A DNA stretch of 64,000 nt, from the sequence record NZ_CP023785.1. One strand, given 5' to 3'. Every line of letters starts with the position of its first letter. Positions within the stretch are counted from its first letter, which is position 1. The notes under the pieces were generated by a model that worked only from the letters and a program-made list of their open reading frames with translations, was not told the DNA's origin and ran no database searches. Made by a program: the position numbers and the translations under genes. Source of the stretch: a plasmid. Positions 7,728 through 18,422 of the stretch are shown in pieces.

Positions 7728-9782
7728 ATGTACTTTACGATTTCAGGCAATACCAAAAAAGATAAAGAGTTAATAAAAAAAGCAACGAAGAAAGTGGGAA
7801 AGCGTACTGCCTTTTTACCGAAAACAATTAAATATTCTGTCATTGAAACGGAAGAACAGCTACATGTGTTAGGACAAGTGTTAGAACAAGAGAATCAATC
7901 TTCTGTTAAATTGACTCTCACGTTACATGATAAAGAAGGAAAAATAGAAAAGGCTGGCACAGAATACGTTTTTGGCCCACTGGATTATCAAATTTCAGAA
8001 GGTTTTTATCCTACATTGATGGATTTGATCCGCCTTGATGTGTTTAAGGAAACGGATGAAACCATGAGTGTGGAAGAGTCTTATCGAAACGAAAAACTGC
8101 TACAAGTTTTAGAAGAAGAGTTAGAGAGCGACCAAAGAAAAGTGAGTCAAGTGAGTGAAGTCGAAGTAAATGATGAAGTACCATGGGAACGACCAATCTT
8201 TCCAAAGAAGGAGTCAAAAGAAAAAGAGACAGTCTATGTTGACGAACAAGCTGATATTCCGACTCAGAAATCGATATTTGAGGAAGAGAACGATGTAATG
8301 GGTCAATTGGAGGTAGATCCCTTTGAAGAAACAATGGAGGATGAAGAGACGGCCGAAGTAGAAGTTGATCTAGTTGAAGCTAATGAAGAGCCAACATGGA
8401 CTGAAGGGGATTCTCAGGAATATATTGAACCACTTATCAGTGAAGAAGTAGAGAAAAACGAAACAGAGATACAAAAGGCAACTGTATTTGATTATATTTT
8501 GGATCAATATCCGCCAGAGCATGAATGGATGAAAGAAAAAAATAAATTATTTTTAAATGAGCTTTATTCGAAATATCAATTACCCCAAACCTATCAAGCA
8601 TTTTTAGAGAGTAAAGAAGAATTAATCTCACAGGGTAAAGGCACACTTTTAGAACAGTTAGAGTCTGTTCAATCAACAAATTGGCATGAGCTTGCACAAG
8701 AAGATTTATTAGCCACTTTTGAAGAACGTCAACAAGAAACAGATCAAGAAATAAATGAGTATGCGACGGAACAGTCATCTAATTGGGAGAGAACAAAAGA
8801 GGAACTAAATAAAGAAGAACAACGAGTGATTGAAGAAGAAGTACAAAAAATTAAAGAGCGATACGAAAAGAAACGCGACAATGCGTATTCCTTGTGTATA
8901 GAGAAAATTAATAACTTTACTAAAACTAATCAAGAAGCTTTATCGAAAGAAAAAGAAAACTTGTTAAAAGAACGTATAAAAGAACGAAAAGAAGAGTTCT
9001 ACCGAGGTTTACGTACAGATAAGCTAAAGATTAGCAAAGAATTAAATGAACAACTGAATAAACTTTATCAAACAACGACTGAAGTTCTTATGGAAAGACA
9101 CGGGCAGATCCAGCAAGAATTACAAGCACAAATTCCAAAATGGAAAAAAGAGTATGAAATTCAACAACAAGAATTGAAAGAACAAGAAGAAAAACAACGA
9201 CAAGAAGAAAAAGAGCGCGAACAATTAGAACTAAAAAAACGTGAGCAGCATCTTGCAGAACAAAAAGTGGCGATAGAAAAACAACGGTTAGAGCAAGAAA
9301 AGGAAAAAGAAGCAGCTGCTCGTAAGGAACGTCAAGAACAAATGGATACATTGCGACAAGCACAGTTGAATTATCTAGCACAACCTCAACCAGTAGCTGC
9401 TGTTCAAACGCCAGTGAACAACCAAGCAAATTTAACTCCTTCACCACAGCGTTCCTTTAACGGATGGATGGTGGGATGTATTGCAAGTTTAAGCTTGCTT
9501 CTAGGTGGAGGAACAGTATTTGCTTTTAATCATATCAATCAATCTTCACAGGCAGATTCTGTAGCCACAACGGCGTCAATCAAGGAAGAAGCCCAGGAAC
9601 AAGCAAGAAAAGAGTATGAACAACAATTGGAAGAATTATTGAATCGTACCAATCAGTCAACAGCAGAGTCAAGTATGGAAAATAGCAAAGAGAGTGATCC
9701 TAGTAAGGCTAAAGAAGGATCAAGCGATTCAACTGTACACTCAAACACTTCCGAAAGTTCAGAATCAAATGAGGTGAAATAA
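7728..9782 (+). CDS. Large acidic coiled-coil protein with C-terminal TM segment and Ser-rich tail (conjugation-associated, unknown function)
   Basis: 684 aa. Has long E/K/Q-rich heptad-like regions and a TM near aa 560 (WMVGCIASLSLLLGGGTVFAF). The C-terminus is Ser-rich. It is the first gene of the T4SS operon. Confidence 0.45.
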   Translation: MYFTISGNTKKDKELIKKATKKVGKRTAFLPKTIKYSVIETEEQLHVLGQVLEQENQSSVKLTLTLHDKEGKIEKAGTEYVFGPLDYQISEGFYPTLMDLIRLDVFKETDETMSVEESYRNEKLLQVLEEELESDQRKVSQVSEVEVNDEVPWERPIFPKKESKEKETVYVDEQADIPTQKSIFEEENDVMGQLEVDPFEETMEDEETAEVEVDLVEANEEPTWTEGDSQEYIEPLISEEVEKNETEIQKATVFDYILDQYPPEHEWMKEKNKLFLNELYSKYQLPQTYQAFLESKEELISQGKGTLLEQLESVQSTNWHELAQEDLLATFEERQQETDQEINEYATEQSSNWERTKEELNKEEQRVIEEEVQKIKERYEKKRDNAYSLCIEKINNFTKTNQEALSKEKENLLKERIKERKEEFYRGLRTDKLKISKELNEQLNKLYQTTTEVLMERHGQIQQELQAQIPKWKKEYEIQQQELKEQEEKQRQEEKEREQLELKKREQHLAEQKVAIEKQRLEQEKEKEAAARKERQEQMDTLRQAQLNYLAQPQPVAAVQTPVNNQANLTPSPQRSFNGWMVGCIASLSLLLGGGTVFAFNHINQSSQADSVATTASIKEEAQEQARKEYEQQLEELLNRTNQSTAESSMENSKESDPSKAKEGSSDSTVHSNTSESSESNEVK

Positions 9783-12394
9783 TGCGTATTAGAGAAACAA
9801 CGAGACGAAAAGACAAACGATTCAATTTAGAAAAGAATAGGTATCTTTCTCATTTCTATCGCTATACTCCTTCAGGAGAAGAGCTACCAGAAAAACATGA
9901 CAAACGTATTTCTCAAAAGATTTTTTATAGTGGCTTAGCTTATCTTCCTTTAAACTATGTTGTTACAAGAATACCAGAAGCATTTCATCGATTTGAGATT
10001 ATTCCAGGAAGTTTACAAGGAGTGAATATTTTTCAGTTACAAGAAATGCCGCAGTTATTCCATTTTGATTCAACTGGTTTTTGGAATCCTTTGACCCCAA
10101 CAACAAGTTTAGGCACACGTTTAGTTGTTTCTACGATTTGTGTTGTTCCAGCTGTACTTATGGGATTGAAAATGGACATGTGGTTTCGTCCGCTAGCAGA
10201 TGGGCAAAAAGGAGATAACCGATTAAAAACGTTAAAGGAAATCCAACAAATTTATCCGCAAATACCAGAATCAAAGGGAAGTTTTCCTGGTTATGGCGGA
10301 ATACCAATTACTCATTATAAAAAATACTGGTATATTCAGACGGATACAGTAAATACTTGTATTGTTGGTACTTCCCGCTCAGGGAAAGGCCAGATAGAAG
10401 TTTTAGCAACCATTGACAATTTGTCGCGTGCAGAAAGACAAAGTTCAATGGTTGTTAATGATCCAAAAACAGAATTATATGTTGCTAGTAAAGATGAACT
10501 AGAAGCTAGAGGGTATGATGTGTATGCCTTTAATATCACCGATCCACTGCAATCAATGAGTGATAATCCATTGGCACTCATTGTGAAATACTGGAAGCGA
10601 GGAGACATAGACACCGCAACACAGTTAACCAATACTTTTACGAATACGATTTATTATGATGCAAATGCTTCAGACAATAAATACTTTAACGAAAATGCGC
10701 AGAAAGCTGTCAATGCGCTTATTTTTGCGTTATTGGAACAAGCGGATCAAACAGGGGATTACTCCAAATTAACACCAAATAATCTCGTTGAACTACTTTC
10801 AGAAATTGGCGGTTTTAATTATTATCCAGATCCTGAGAATGAATTCAAGCAGCTCAATGCCTTAGATGAGTTCATGAATCAGTTACCCCCTGGAAATATA
10901 GCAAAAAAACAATATGGGGCAACAAAAATTGGATCTGATAAAGCGAAAGGGAATATCTTGTCTACGGCAATTACAGGATTGAATCCATTTACCCTAACGA
11001 AAATTGCGAAGATGACTTCTCAATCGACCATTGATTACAAGTCCATTGGTTTTCCGAAGTATTTGGATCTCAAATTACATGAAAGCCTATTAAATCAACG
11101 CATTGTCGTGGAATTTTATCATAAGGGAAAGAAATTTCACGAGGAACGAGTCAAAGTTGGCTATCGTGGTTTTTGTGAAATCAACTTTGATTGTCATTTA
11201 GAGCAGGGAGATCATGTTTGCTTAAAATACAATCATCAAGGAAAACAATATGTTGCTTGGTATGAGTTTTCTCAAAAAGTATTGAAAGACGAAGAGGGAA
11301 AAATCGTTTATCGAAAAAAACGAGGAGAAACTCATTTGCCAGAACTAGAAAAAGAAGCCGTTCTAACATTAGATGAGAAGAAAAGTAACCTATTAGTAGA
11401 GTCTATTCGGATGCACTATACCGATAAACCAATGGCTATTTTTATGTTAACGCCTGATTATGATCCATCTAACCATATCATTGTTAGCATCTTTCTTAGT
11501 CAGTTGTATAAAGAATTATCTACGCAATGTGTTAAGACTAAAGGAGATAAATGTCACCGTAGGATTCATTTTATTTTAGATGAATTTGGAAATATGCCAC
11601 CGATGGACAACATGGAAGGAATCATGACGGTTACGGCAGGTCGTAATATGTTATGGGATCTGTTTATTCAATCTTATCAGCAACTTTATGCGAAGTATGG
11701 AGAACAAAACGCAGCGATTATCAAAGAAAATTGTCAGACACATATTTATATTATGTCGACAGATGATAATACCATCGAAGAATTTTCTAAAAAAGTGGGG
11801 AATAAGACGGTTGAACAAGAGAACAGTACCATCAATTCATTAGGTATGAATACTCATATCAATCGCAATGTTGATTCAGATCGTATCTTAACTCCTGAAA
11901 GAATTTCTACTTTTTTAGAAGGTGAAACGATTGTACTCGCTCCTTTAAAACGACAAGATTTGAAAGGTCATAAAATACGGCCGTATCCTATTTTTAATCA
12001 TGGGGAAACGAATCTTCCTTATGCTTATCAATATATTGAAGATTTCAATCCATCGTGGGATATCAATGATATAGACATACATTGTACACATGCGGACTTG
12101 GATCTTAAGGCTTTACAAATTGATTATGATTATTTCCTACCAGATGAATATGCTAGAAATCTCTATCATGGACTGCATGATCAATTAGAAGAAAAAAACG
12201 AAGAAAATATGTTTTATAAAATCGTTCAATCTTTTGAGAATGAGACGGCTAAAAAATTGTTAATTCAATTTTACGAAGAACAAGCAACGGATCGTCTTCA
12301 AGAATATGTTGAAAAGTTGATCAAAAATGAAGAAATTTCTGAAATGATTAGGAAACGGCTGTTATTGGAAGCTGAAAAGGCGGTGAAAGAATGA
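9782..12394 (+). CDS. Type IV coupling protein (VirD4/TraG family ATPase)
   Basis: 870 aa. The P-loop VGTSRSGKGQ matches the VirD4/TraG PTRSGKG signature. Has an N-terminal TM and a Walker B-like FILDEFGNM. Confidence 0.7.
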   Translation: MRIRETTRRKDKRFNLEKNRYLSHFYRYTPSGEELPEKHDKRISQKIFYSGLAYLPLNYVVTRIPEAFHRFEIIPGSLQGVNIFQLQEMPQLFHFDSTGFWNPLTPTTSLGTRLVVSTICVVPAVLMGLKMDMWFRPLADGQKGDNRLKTLKEIQQIYPQIPESKGSFPGYGGIPITHYKKYWYIQTDTVNTCIVGTSRSGKGQIEVLATIDNLSRAERQSSMVVNDPKTELYVASKDELEARGYDVYAFNITDPLQSMSDNPLALIVKYWKRGDIDTATQLTNTFTNTIYYDANASDNKYFNENAQKAVNALIFALLEQADQTGDYSKLTPNNLVELLSEIGGFNYYPDPENEFKQLNALDEFMNQLPPGNIAKKQYGATKIGSDKAKGNILSTAITGLNPFTLTKIAKMTSQSTIDYKSIGFPKYLDLKLHESLLNQRIVVEFYHKGKKFHEERVKVGYRGFCEINFDCHLEQGDHVCLKYNHQGKQYVAWYEFSQKVLKDEEGKIVYRKKRGETHLPELEKEAVLTLDEKKSNLLVESIRMHYTDKPMAIFMLTPDYDPSNHIIVSIFLSQLYKELSTQCVKTKGDKCHRRIHFILDEFGNMPPMDNMEGIMTVTAGRNMLWDLFIQSYQQLYAKYGEQNAAIIKENCQTHIYIMSTDDNTIEEFSKKVGNKTVEQENSTINSLGMNTHINRNVDSDRILTPERISTFLEGETIVLAPLKRQDLKGHKIRPYPIFNHGETNLPYAYQYIEDFNPSWDINDIDIHCTHADLDLKALQIDYDYFLPDEYARNLYHGLHDQLEEKNEENMFYKIVQSFENETAKKLLIQFYEEQATDRLQEYVEKLIKNEEISEMIRKRLLLEAEKAVKE

Positions 12395-14769
12395 TCATTG
12401 GAGGAATTTTCTCTGGCATAGCCGACTGGTGGTCAGGTTTATTCGGAGAAGGGGATGCAGATCCCAAAACCGTAACGAAAGTCTTACAAGATTATGGTAA
12501 TTATCTGCAGTATCAAGATGTATTCAGTTGGATTTGTAATACTTTTTTATGGGGATTGATCAAAGGGTTATATAATCTCAATACTTTATTAGAAAAAACA
12601 ATTTATCAAAGCTTTGATTTAAAAGACTTATTGAACGCCGCTGGTGTTAATGAACTATTTCAAAGTTTGATTAGTAAGGTATTGGCTCTTTTTTGTGTCG
12701 TCACATTAATTTATTTAGGCTTGAAATTTTTTATGAGTAAACACCCACCGAAAGTCAAAAATATCTTGGTTAATTTATTTATGGCCATGATCTTGATTTT
12801 TGGTGGTAGTTCTTTAATCGATGAAGGGTTAAATATCAGTAAAAACTTTTATGGAGACGTCACTGCAGCAAATAAAGCAGATAAAACGGGTTCACCTGCT
12901 TTTCAAATTATTCAAAATAATGTGATTGATGTCAGTACATTACTAGCGACTGACCCGAATAAAGTAGAATCCTTACCAACAGATAAAAGAAATGCTTTAA
13001 CAGCGAAAAATTTCAAAACAGCGAATATCAATGGGATTATTACACCTGATCAAGCTAAGAAAATGTCTGAATCAAGTGATATTAGTACAGTACAAAAAGA
13101 TCGGTTAAAGGCATTACAGTATCGACTAGAGTTAGACGATAATGGGAAAGAAATCCCTGTTCAAATTAGTGATGAAGGTTTAGCAAAATATGTGTATACG
13201 TCAGGCTATCGTCGATACATTAGTAGTCCAGGGATTATTTTGGCTGGGGAATCTTCTTTGTCGGTAGCCTATTTATTTATTTTGTTTACAATCGTTACTT
13301 GCATTATTGAGCTAGTATTTAAAAAATTCTATTTAGTAATTGCCGCGTCAACGGACTTTGAGACAGGACAACGGATGAAAAGTGCGATAGAAGATATTTC
13401 TCAATCCTTCTTGTTATTGGCGTTTACGATTTTAGAATTACGAATCTATACATTAATGCTTTCAGGTATCGGTGATTTGCATGCGGTAGGAAAGATCAAT
13501 GGATTCTTGTATGTTGTTGCTTTAATTGTGCTAACTATTGCGCTATTCAAAGGCTCTCAATCGGTTACGAAGATTTTCGGTGTTGATACGAGTCTGAAAA
13601 ACGGCAGCAATTCTCTTCTTAGCATGTTTGCCTTAGGAAATATTGCGAAAAATGTGGGTAGCGGAGCTAAAAACCTTGCAAGTGCTGGTAAGAGTGGTTT
13701 AAGCCATTTAAATGATATTCGTAAGAATGGATTTGGCCATCGAAAAGATATTACCCATGATAACGGGGAAGAACAATCAGACGATAAAGCTACAACTGTA
13801 CCTAATAGTAAGAAGACAGTTTCCGAAATGTTCGGGAAAGCGAAAAATGGTGTTTCTAAAGCCGCAGAAGGTCTTGGTTACGTCAATGAACGTGGGTTAA
13901 AAGGAACAGTTGAAGATCTTACAGAAAAAGCCAAAGACACCTTAGAAGAGAAATTAGACGGCACGAGAGCTAAAGAATTTGCTGAAGCTGTGAAGAATCC
14001 ATCCGAAGCACTAGAAAAACAAAAAGAAAAAGCTTCAGCAGTCAAAGAAGGACTAAAAGATGCGTATGGTGAAGGACAAGTCAATGCAGCAGTGAAGGCA
14101 AATACAACAAGTGAAAAAGAAAATCAAGAAGGTGCAGCGATTCCTTCAGCCAAAGATCACCAAGATGAGTTACATTCTAACGAAAATTCGATCGGAGAAA
14201 AAGATTCAGAAGAAGGACAACATGGTCAGTTACCAAAAACCGATCCAGAACAATATCGTTATAAATCTAACATTAATTCTGAAAACGAAAAACGCATTTC
14301 AGATTTACCAAAACGAAATCAAGAAGTACAAACGGATGAGGATTCCATCGATCTGCCAAATGATAATGGCATCGAAGTTGGAACTGAAAAATCAACGAAA
14401 ATTGGTTTGCCTAAGACACAAAATTTACCAATGAAAGATAGTCGTTTGAATCAATTCAAAGAGAATGATCAAAGCTTTGTTCATCAATCACCTGCAGGTA
14501 CTGTTCAAATGAAATCAAGTCGTTTGCCTGAAAATGGAAATCTGACAACTGTTTCTTACAATTTAGCTGAAAGTGGTGAAACAGAGAATGCGTCCGTTCA
14601 AAATATTGTGACAAAAGAAGCTGCACCTAAGCCAATCAATAAAGTTCATAATGGATACAGACCAGCAAACGTAGCATTTACTGCACCGACAAAAATAAAT
14701 GTGACAAGAGAAACTAAAAACAGGAACAATGAATTGAAAGAACAACTATTGAAGGATATCAAACCATAA
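12391..14769 (+). CDS. Polytopic membrane protein, VirB6-like T4SS channel component with long hydrophilic C-terminal extension
   Basis: 792 aa. The N-terminal half has multiple TM segments. The C-terminal ~350 aa is hydrophilic and rich in K, E and S. Translationally coupled to the T4CP gene through an ATGA overlap. Confidence 0.5.
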   Translation: MIIGGIFSGIADWWSGLFGEGDADPKTVTKVLQDYGNYLQYQDVFSWICNTFLWGLIKGLYNLNTLLEKTIYQSFDLKDLLNAAGVNELFQSLISKVLALFCVVTLIYLGLKFFMSKHPPKVKNILVNLFMAMILIFGGSSLIDEGLNISKNFYGDVTAANKADKTGSPAFQIIQNNVIDVSTLLATDPNKVESLPTDKRNALTAKNFKTANINGIITPDQAKKMSESSDISTVQKDRLKALQYRLELDDNGKEIPVQISDEGLAKYVYTSGYRRYISSPGIILAGESSLSVAYLFILFTIVTCIIELVFKKFYLVIAASTDFETGQRMKSAIEDISQSFLLLAFTILELRIYTLMLSGIGDLHAVGKINGFLYVVALIVLTIALFKGSQSVTKIFGVDTSLKNGSNSLLSMFALGNIAKNVGSGAKNLASAGKSGLSHLNDIRKNGFGHRKDITHDNGEEQSDDKATTVPNSKKTVSEMFGKAKNGVSKAAEGLGYVNERGLKGTVEDLTEKAKDTLEEKLDGTRAKEFAEAVKNPSEALEKQKEKASAVKEGLKDAYGEGQVNAAVKANTTSEKENQEGAAIPSAKDHQDELHSNENSIGEKDSEEGQHGQLPKTDPEQYRYKSNINSENEKRISDLPKRNQEVQTDEDSIDLPNDNGIEVGTEKSTKIGLPKTQNLPMKDSRLNQFKENDQSFVHQSPAGTVQMKSSRLPENGNLTTVSYNLAESGETENASVQNIVTKEAAPKPINKVHNGYRPANVAFTAPTKINVTRETKNRNNELKEQLLKDIKP

Positions 14770-14770
14770 A

Positions 14771-14796
14771 AGGCCTATTTAAGGGCCTTTTTCTTT
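14771..14796 (+). terminator. Rho-independent terminator
   Basis: AAAGGCC-tatttaa-GGGCCTTTTTC. Confidence 0.5.
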
Positions 14797-14829
14797 ATAA
14801 AACAAGTTTAAAATGGAAAGGAGAAAATT

Positions 14830-15372
14830 GTGGAGGATATTTTAATAGCTACGTTTATAACTGCACTGGGAGCATTTTTAACGATATTTGTGGTGACTAT
14901 TAAAGGATTTAAAGATACGGATAGTTTACAAAAAGATCATCAGTCTATTTTAGATGGTCAAAAAACACATACCGAAAGCATTATTGTACACCTTTCAGAA
15001 GGATTCACTTATTTGAAAGATGCTATGCCCACATTCACAGTAAAATTAACGGAAATATTTCATTCTGTTGAGCAAATATCGTCAGAATTGAAAGAGCAAA
15101 GACAACAAAAAGATCGTCAACTTGGCTCACTTAATTTTAGGCAAGAAACGATACAAGAATCATTGGAGAATGTAAATCGATTAAACGATGAAATGCAACG
15201 AGTTCATTTGGAAAATGAAGAATTACGCGCACAAAATTATGATTTAATTCAAAAGAAAAGAAATCTGGAACAAAAAATTGTTGAATTAAAAGAAGAAAAT
15301 CGTCAATTGAATTATCAATTACGACGAGGAAAAAATCGTTCTCGTGATTTAGGAAATGAATTAGAGTTGTAA
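14830..15372 (+). CDS. Bitopic membrane protein with coiled-coil domain (T4SS accessory)
   Basis: GTG start with an AAGGAG RBS. Has an N-terminal TM followed by a heptad-rich region. Confidence 0.4.
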   Translation: MEDILIATFITALGAFLTIFVVTIKGFKDTDSLQKDHQSILDGQKTHTESIIVHLSEGFTYLKDAMPTFTVKLTEIFHSVEQISSELKEQRQQKDRQLGSLNFRQETIQESLENVNRLNDEMQRVHLENEELRAQNYDLIQKKRNLEQKIVELKEENRQLNYQLRRGKNRSRDLGNELEL

Positions 15373-15376
15373 TATT

Positions 15377-15400
15377 TAGAAAAACGCTGTGAGAAATCAC
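15377..15400 (+). terminator. Rho-independent terminator
   Basis: CTGTGAgaaatCACAG is followed by TGTTTTTTATTT. Confidence 0.5.
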
Positions 15401-15446
15401 AGTGTTTTTTATTTCTAAAAATACAAAATATAAGGGGTATGGTTAT

Positions 15447-15782
15447 ATTATGGATAAATACATTCATATGAAAAATCCTCCAAGATTTAGTGGGGAATGG
15501 AAGTTTTTCGCCTTTTTCTTTTTAGATCTATTAACGCTTGGTGGCTGCTTTTTTTGGGCGAAAATAGTCAATAATCTTGTCCACTTACCACTCTTTTTTG
15601 CACTCTTGAATTATGGATTATGGCTTGCGATAGCGTTAGTGATTGTTTGGCGACCCTATAATAACCCTGGTCAACGCCAAATTTTTGCGATTATCGAATC
15701 TATTTTCTTTACGGATAAGAACCACTATCATGCGTTAGATCCTAACCGAAATTATCATGGTACGTATAAGGAGGATGAATAA
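15447..15782 (+). CDS. Small membrane protein (VirB3-like position)
   Basis: Two TM segments. The start was chosen downstream of the terminator T-run; the listed ORF start at 15402 lies inside the terminator. Confidence 0.35.
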   Translation: MMDKYIHMKNPPRFSGEWKFFAFFFLDLLTLGGCFFWAKIVNNLVHLPLFFALLNYGLWLAIALVIVWRPYNNPGQRQIFAIIESIFFTDKNHYHALDPNRNYHGTYKEDE

Positions 15783-16376
15783 ATGCGAGTCAAAGGACAA
15801 AATTCAGTTGATAAGAAATCCATTTTGCAGTTTGGAAAACCAGAAGAGCGCTCTATCTTGGACTTATTTCCATATAAATCCTGTACAGAAGAGGGAGTCT
15901 TAATTACTAGAGAAGATCATTTTCAGCGTTATTATCGTGTCGTTTCCACTGACGTGGAGGGATTAAATGAACAAGAGAAACTAGAACGAATGAATCAGTT
16001 GACCACCGTCATGCGTACGTATGTGCCAACAATTAAGTTAGTTAGTTTGACCACAGAGACGGATCTAACGGAACAAATCGTGCAAAAGCGGCAGTTATTA
16101 GATAAAAATCGTATGGAACAGTCACTAGGAAGAAATCTACAGCGATTAAGAAAATATGAAAAGAAATTAGTAGAGGAGATCCAGGAATTAAAACGGGCAG
16201 AACAAGAACGTCCTGACTTAAGCTTCTTTTTCGTTATTGAAGGAAAGACAATCAAGGATTTACAAACTAGAAATCGTCAGTTAATGCGATCTAGTGGCAT
16301 TTTAGGGTTAAAACCACTCTACAAAAAAGAATTGATTAAGATTCTTTATCGAATGAACAACATGAATGACGAATAA
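15783..16376 (+). CDS. Hypothetical protein immediately upstream of VirB4
   Basis: 197 aa. Overlaps the previous gene by ATGA. Confidence 0.4.
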   Translation: MRVKGQNSVDKKSILQFGKPEERSILDLFPYKSCTEEGVLITREDHFQRYYRVVSTDVEGLNEQEKLERMNQLTTVMRTYVPTIKLVSLTTETDLTEQIVQKRQLLDKNRMEQSLGRNLQRLRKYEKKLVEEIQELKRAEQERPDLSFFFVIEGKTIKDLQTRNRQLMRSSGILGLKPLYKKELIKILYRMNNMNDE

Positions 16377-16397
16377 AAAAGATGGAGGAAATGATTC

Positions 16398-18422
16398 ATG
16401 CTAGATGTGATAAAAACAGCTTTTTCAACGCAAAGTAATCAAAAGGTGATTGATCCATTAAAACAACTTGGTAATCGTGAAATAGAGATTTTAAAATCAA
16501 AAGGTTATGATTTAGATTTCTTAAAACAAGTGATGCCACAAGGTGGGTTGAATTTTGATGAAGAATATGTGACCTATGGAAATGGTTATTCACGATGTGT
16601 GACAGTTTATCATTACACAAAAAATCCTACTCTTTTTTGGTTGGCCAATCTCATGAACAATCCTCATACAGTGGCCACACTAGATGTTAGCACAGATGAA
16701 AAGCAAAAAGTGATTGATCAAATCAACCGCGCATTAGATGAATTAAATGATCGATCAGATAATGAACGAAAAGCGACTGACCGAAATAAAAGTGCGGAAG
16801 AATACCTGGAACTAGCGGAATATGCCCGAAAATTGACTTCTAATGGGGAAATTTCTAAACAAGTCAAAGTGAGAGTACATGTTTACGGAAATACGATCCA
16901 AGAAGTGGATGAACGGGCGCAGGAACTGATCGAAAATCTAAAAGGGATGGATTATCGTGCGGTGACTTATCTGCATAAAACCAAACGAGATTGGCAATCG
17001 ATGTTTACCATGTTCGATGAACAAGCTGAATGGTTTGGAAATATCAAAGGGCAATCACTTCCATCGTTAAACATTGGCGGAGGATTCCCGTTCCACCACC
17101 AAACGCTAAAAGATCCAGGAGGCACACAATATGGGGAAACCATGACAGGCGGCCCATTTGTCTGGAATGCCACGTATAAAAATAGTGTACGTTTATCTAC
17201 CAATACCTTGCTTCTAGGAATGATGGGAGCTGGTAAATCGACCGTTCTTAAAATGATCGCGGAAGCCCATTTAGCTGCAGGAGACTTTATTTGGGGCTTT
17301 GAAAAGGGAAAAGACTTTATTCCTTTCTTAAAGGAATATAACGGTATTATGGTGCGTTTAGACGGATCTGACGGGATGATCAATCCTTTAGAGATCTTTG
17401 CCACACGGACGTATGATGAAGCATCCAGTTTATATGACGATGGTTCAGTCAAAGATTTGAAGATCAATGAAGCAGCGTCCTATCAAACGCACTTAGACAA
17501 AGTAGTCTATCAGGTACAGTTAGTGAGTCCTCAGCTAAAAGGAACGATGAAAGCAGAATTCAAGACCTACTTGAATCGTTTTTATGAAGAGTATGGAACA
17601 GTACCACGCGGTTTTACTTCCTCAAATTCGCGTTCAAATACTGATACGCAAGTCACAGGGAAAGATCCAGAAGCTTATCCGACGTTCAAAGAATTTTTAG
17701 CCTTTTTAGGACAACTGGAACTACCAGGGGCTTCCCAAGAGAAAAAGAATCGGAAAGAAGAAATGGAGTCTATCGTGGAATCCTTATGTGAGACTTATGG
17801 CATGATTTTTGATGGTCATAGTACGATTCGACACCTTGACCAACAACAGTTGGTCTTTTTTGACATTGACTCTATTACAGGCCTAGATCGAGGGGTACAA
17901 CAATGTCAGATGTACATGGCCATGACGTTGATTTGGAATCAGGCATTGATTCAAGGACGAAGACAACGACGCTTAATTAAAGAAAAACAAATGGAAGAAC
18001 AAGACTTCAAACGCTTCTTGGCGATGATTGATGAGTGCCATAATGCGATTAATCCAGATTTCATTGAAACGGTAAATTATGTCACAAACTTCCAACGAGA
18101 AATGCGTAAAGTAGAAGCAATGACTGTTTTAGCTACACAATCCCCACAAGAAATGGTGCCAGAAAATATGTCTTCTGATAACTTCTCGAAACTGAAGAAA
18201 GTCTTTGAATTTTCTTCTACGAAGATCTTTATGCGTATGGATGAATCTATTTTACGTCATATAGAAGGATTAGTTGGTAAATCAATGACGAACTCAGAAT
18301 TAGAATCCATTCCTCAACAAAATCAAGGAGACGCTGTGATCAATTTTGGCTCAAAAGAAACCATTCGTGTTCATTTTAGTCCGAACAAACGTCAATTAAA
18401 ATTGTTTGATGGAGGAAAATAA
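16398..18422 (+). CDS. VirB4-family T4SS ATPase
   Basis: 674 aa with Walker A LLLGMMGAGKST and Walker B/DExx IDECH. A GGAGG RBS is present. Confidence 0.75.
   Translation: MLDVIKTAFSTQSNQKVIDPLKQLGNREIEILKSKGYDLDFLKQVMPQGGLNFDEEYVTYGNGYSRCVTVYHYTKNPTLFWLANLMNNPHTVATLDVSTDEKQKVIDQINRALDELNDRSDNERKATDRNKSAEEYLELAEYARKLTSNGEISKQVKVRVHVYGNTIQEVDERAQELIENLKGMDYRAVTYLHKTKRDWQSMFTMFDEQAEWFGNIKGQSLPSLNIGGGFPFHHQTLKDPGGTQYGETMTGGPFVWNATYKNSVRLSTNTLLLGMMGAGKSTVLKMIAEAHLAAGDFIWGFEKGKDFIPFLKEYNGIMVRLDGSDGMINPLEIFATRTYDEASSLYDDGSVKDLKINEAASYQTHLDKVVYQVQLVSPQLKGTMKAEFKTYLNRFYEEYGTVPRGFTSSNSRSNTDTQVTGKDPEAYPTFKEFLAFLGQLELPGASQEKKNRKEEMESIVESLCETYGMIFDGHSTIRHLDQQQLVFFDIDSITGLDRGVQQCQMYMAMTLIWNQALIQGRRQRRLIKEKQMEEQDFKRFLAMIDECHNAINPDFIETVNYVTNFQREMRKVEAMTVLATQSPQEMVPENMSSDNFSKLKKVFEFSSTKIFMRMDESILRHIEGLVGKSMTNSELESIPQQNQGDAVINFGSKETIRVHFSPNKRQLKLFDGGK

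Noticed and set aside
8044-9447. Minus-strand ORFs 8044..8334, 8437..8778 and 9088..9447 inside the 684-aa coiled-coil gene
   Set aside because: They are antisense to a long, RBS-supported gene and are Leu/Phe-rich low-complexity translations of the complement of GAA/AAG-rich coding sequence. They are shadow ORFs.
15783-18422. Possibility that 15783..16376 and 16398..18422 are one VirB4 gene split by a nonsense mutation (same reading frame)
   Set aside because: Two in-frame stops (TAA and TGA) separate them. The downstream ORF has its own GGAGG RBS and ATG. A 674-aa VirB4 is within the Gram-positive size range, for example pIP501 TraE.
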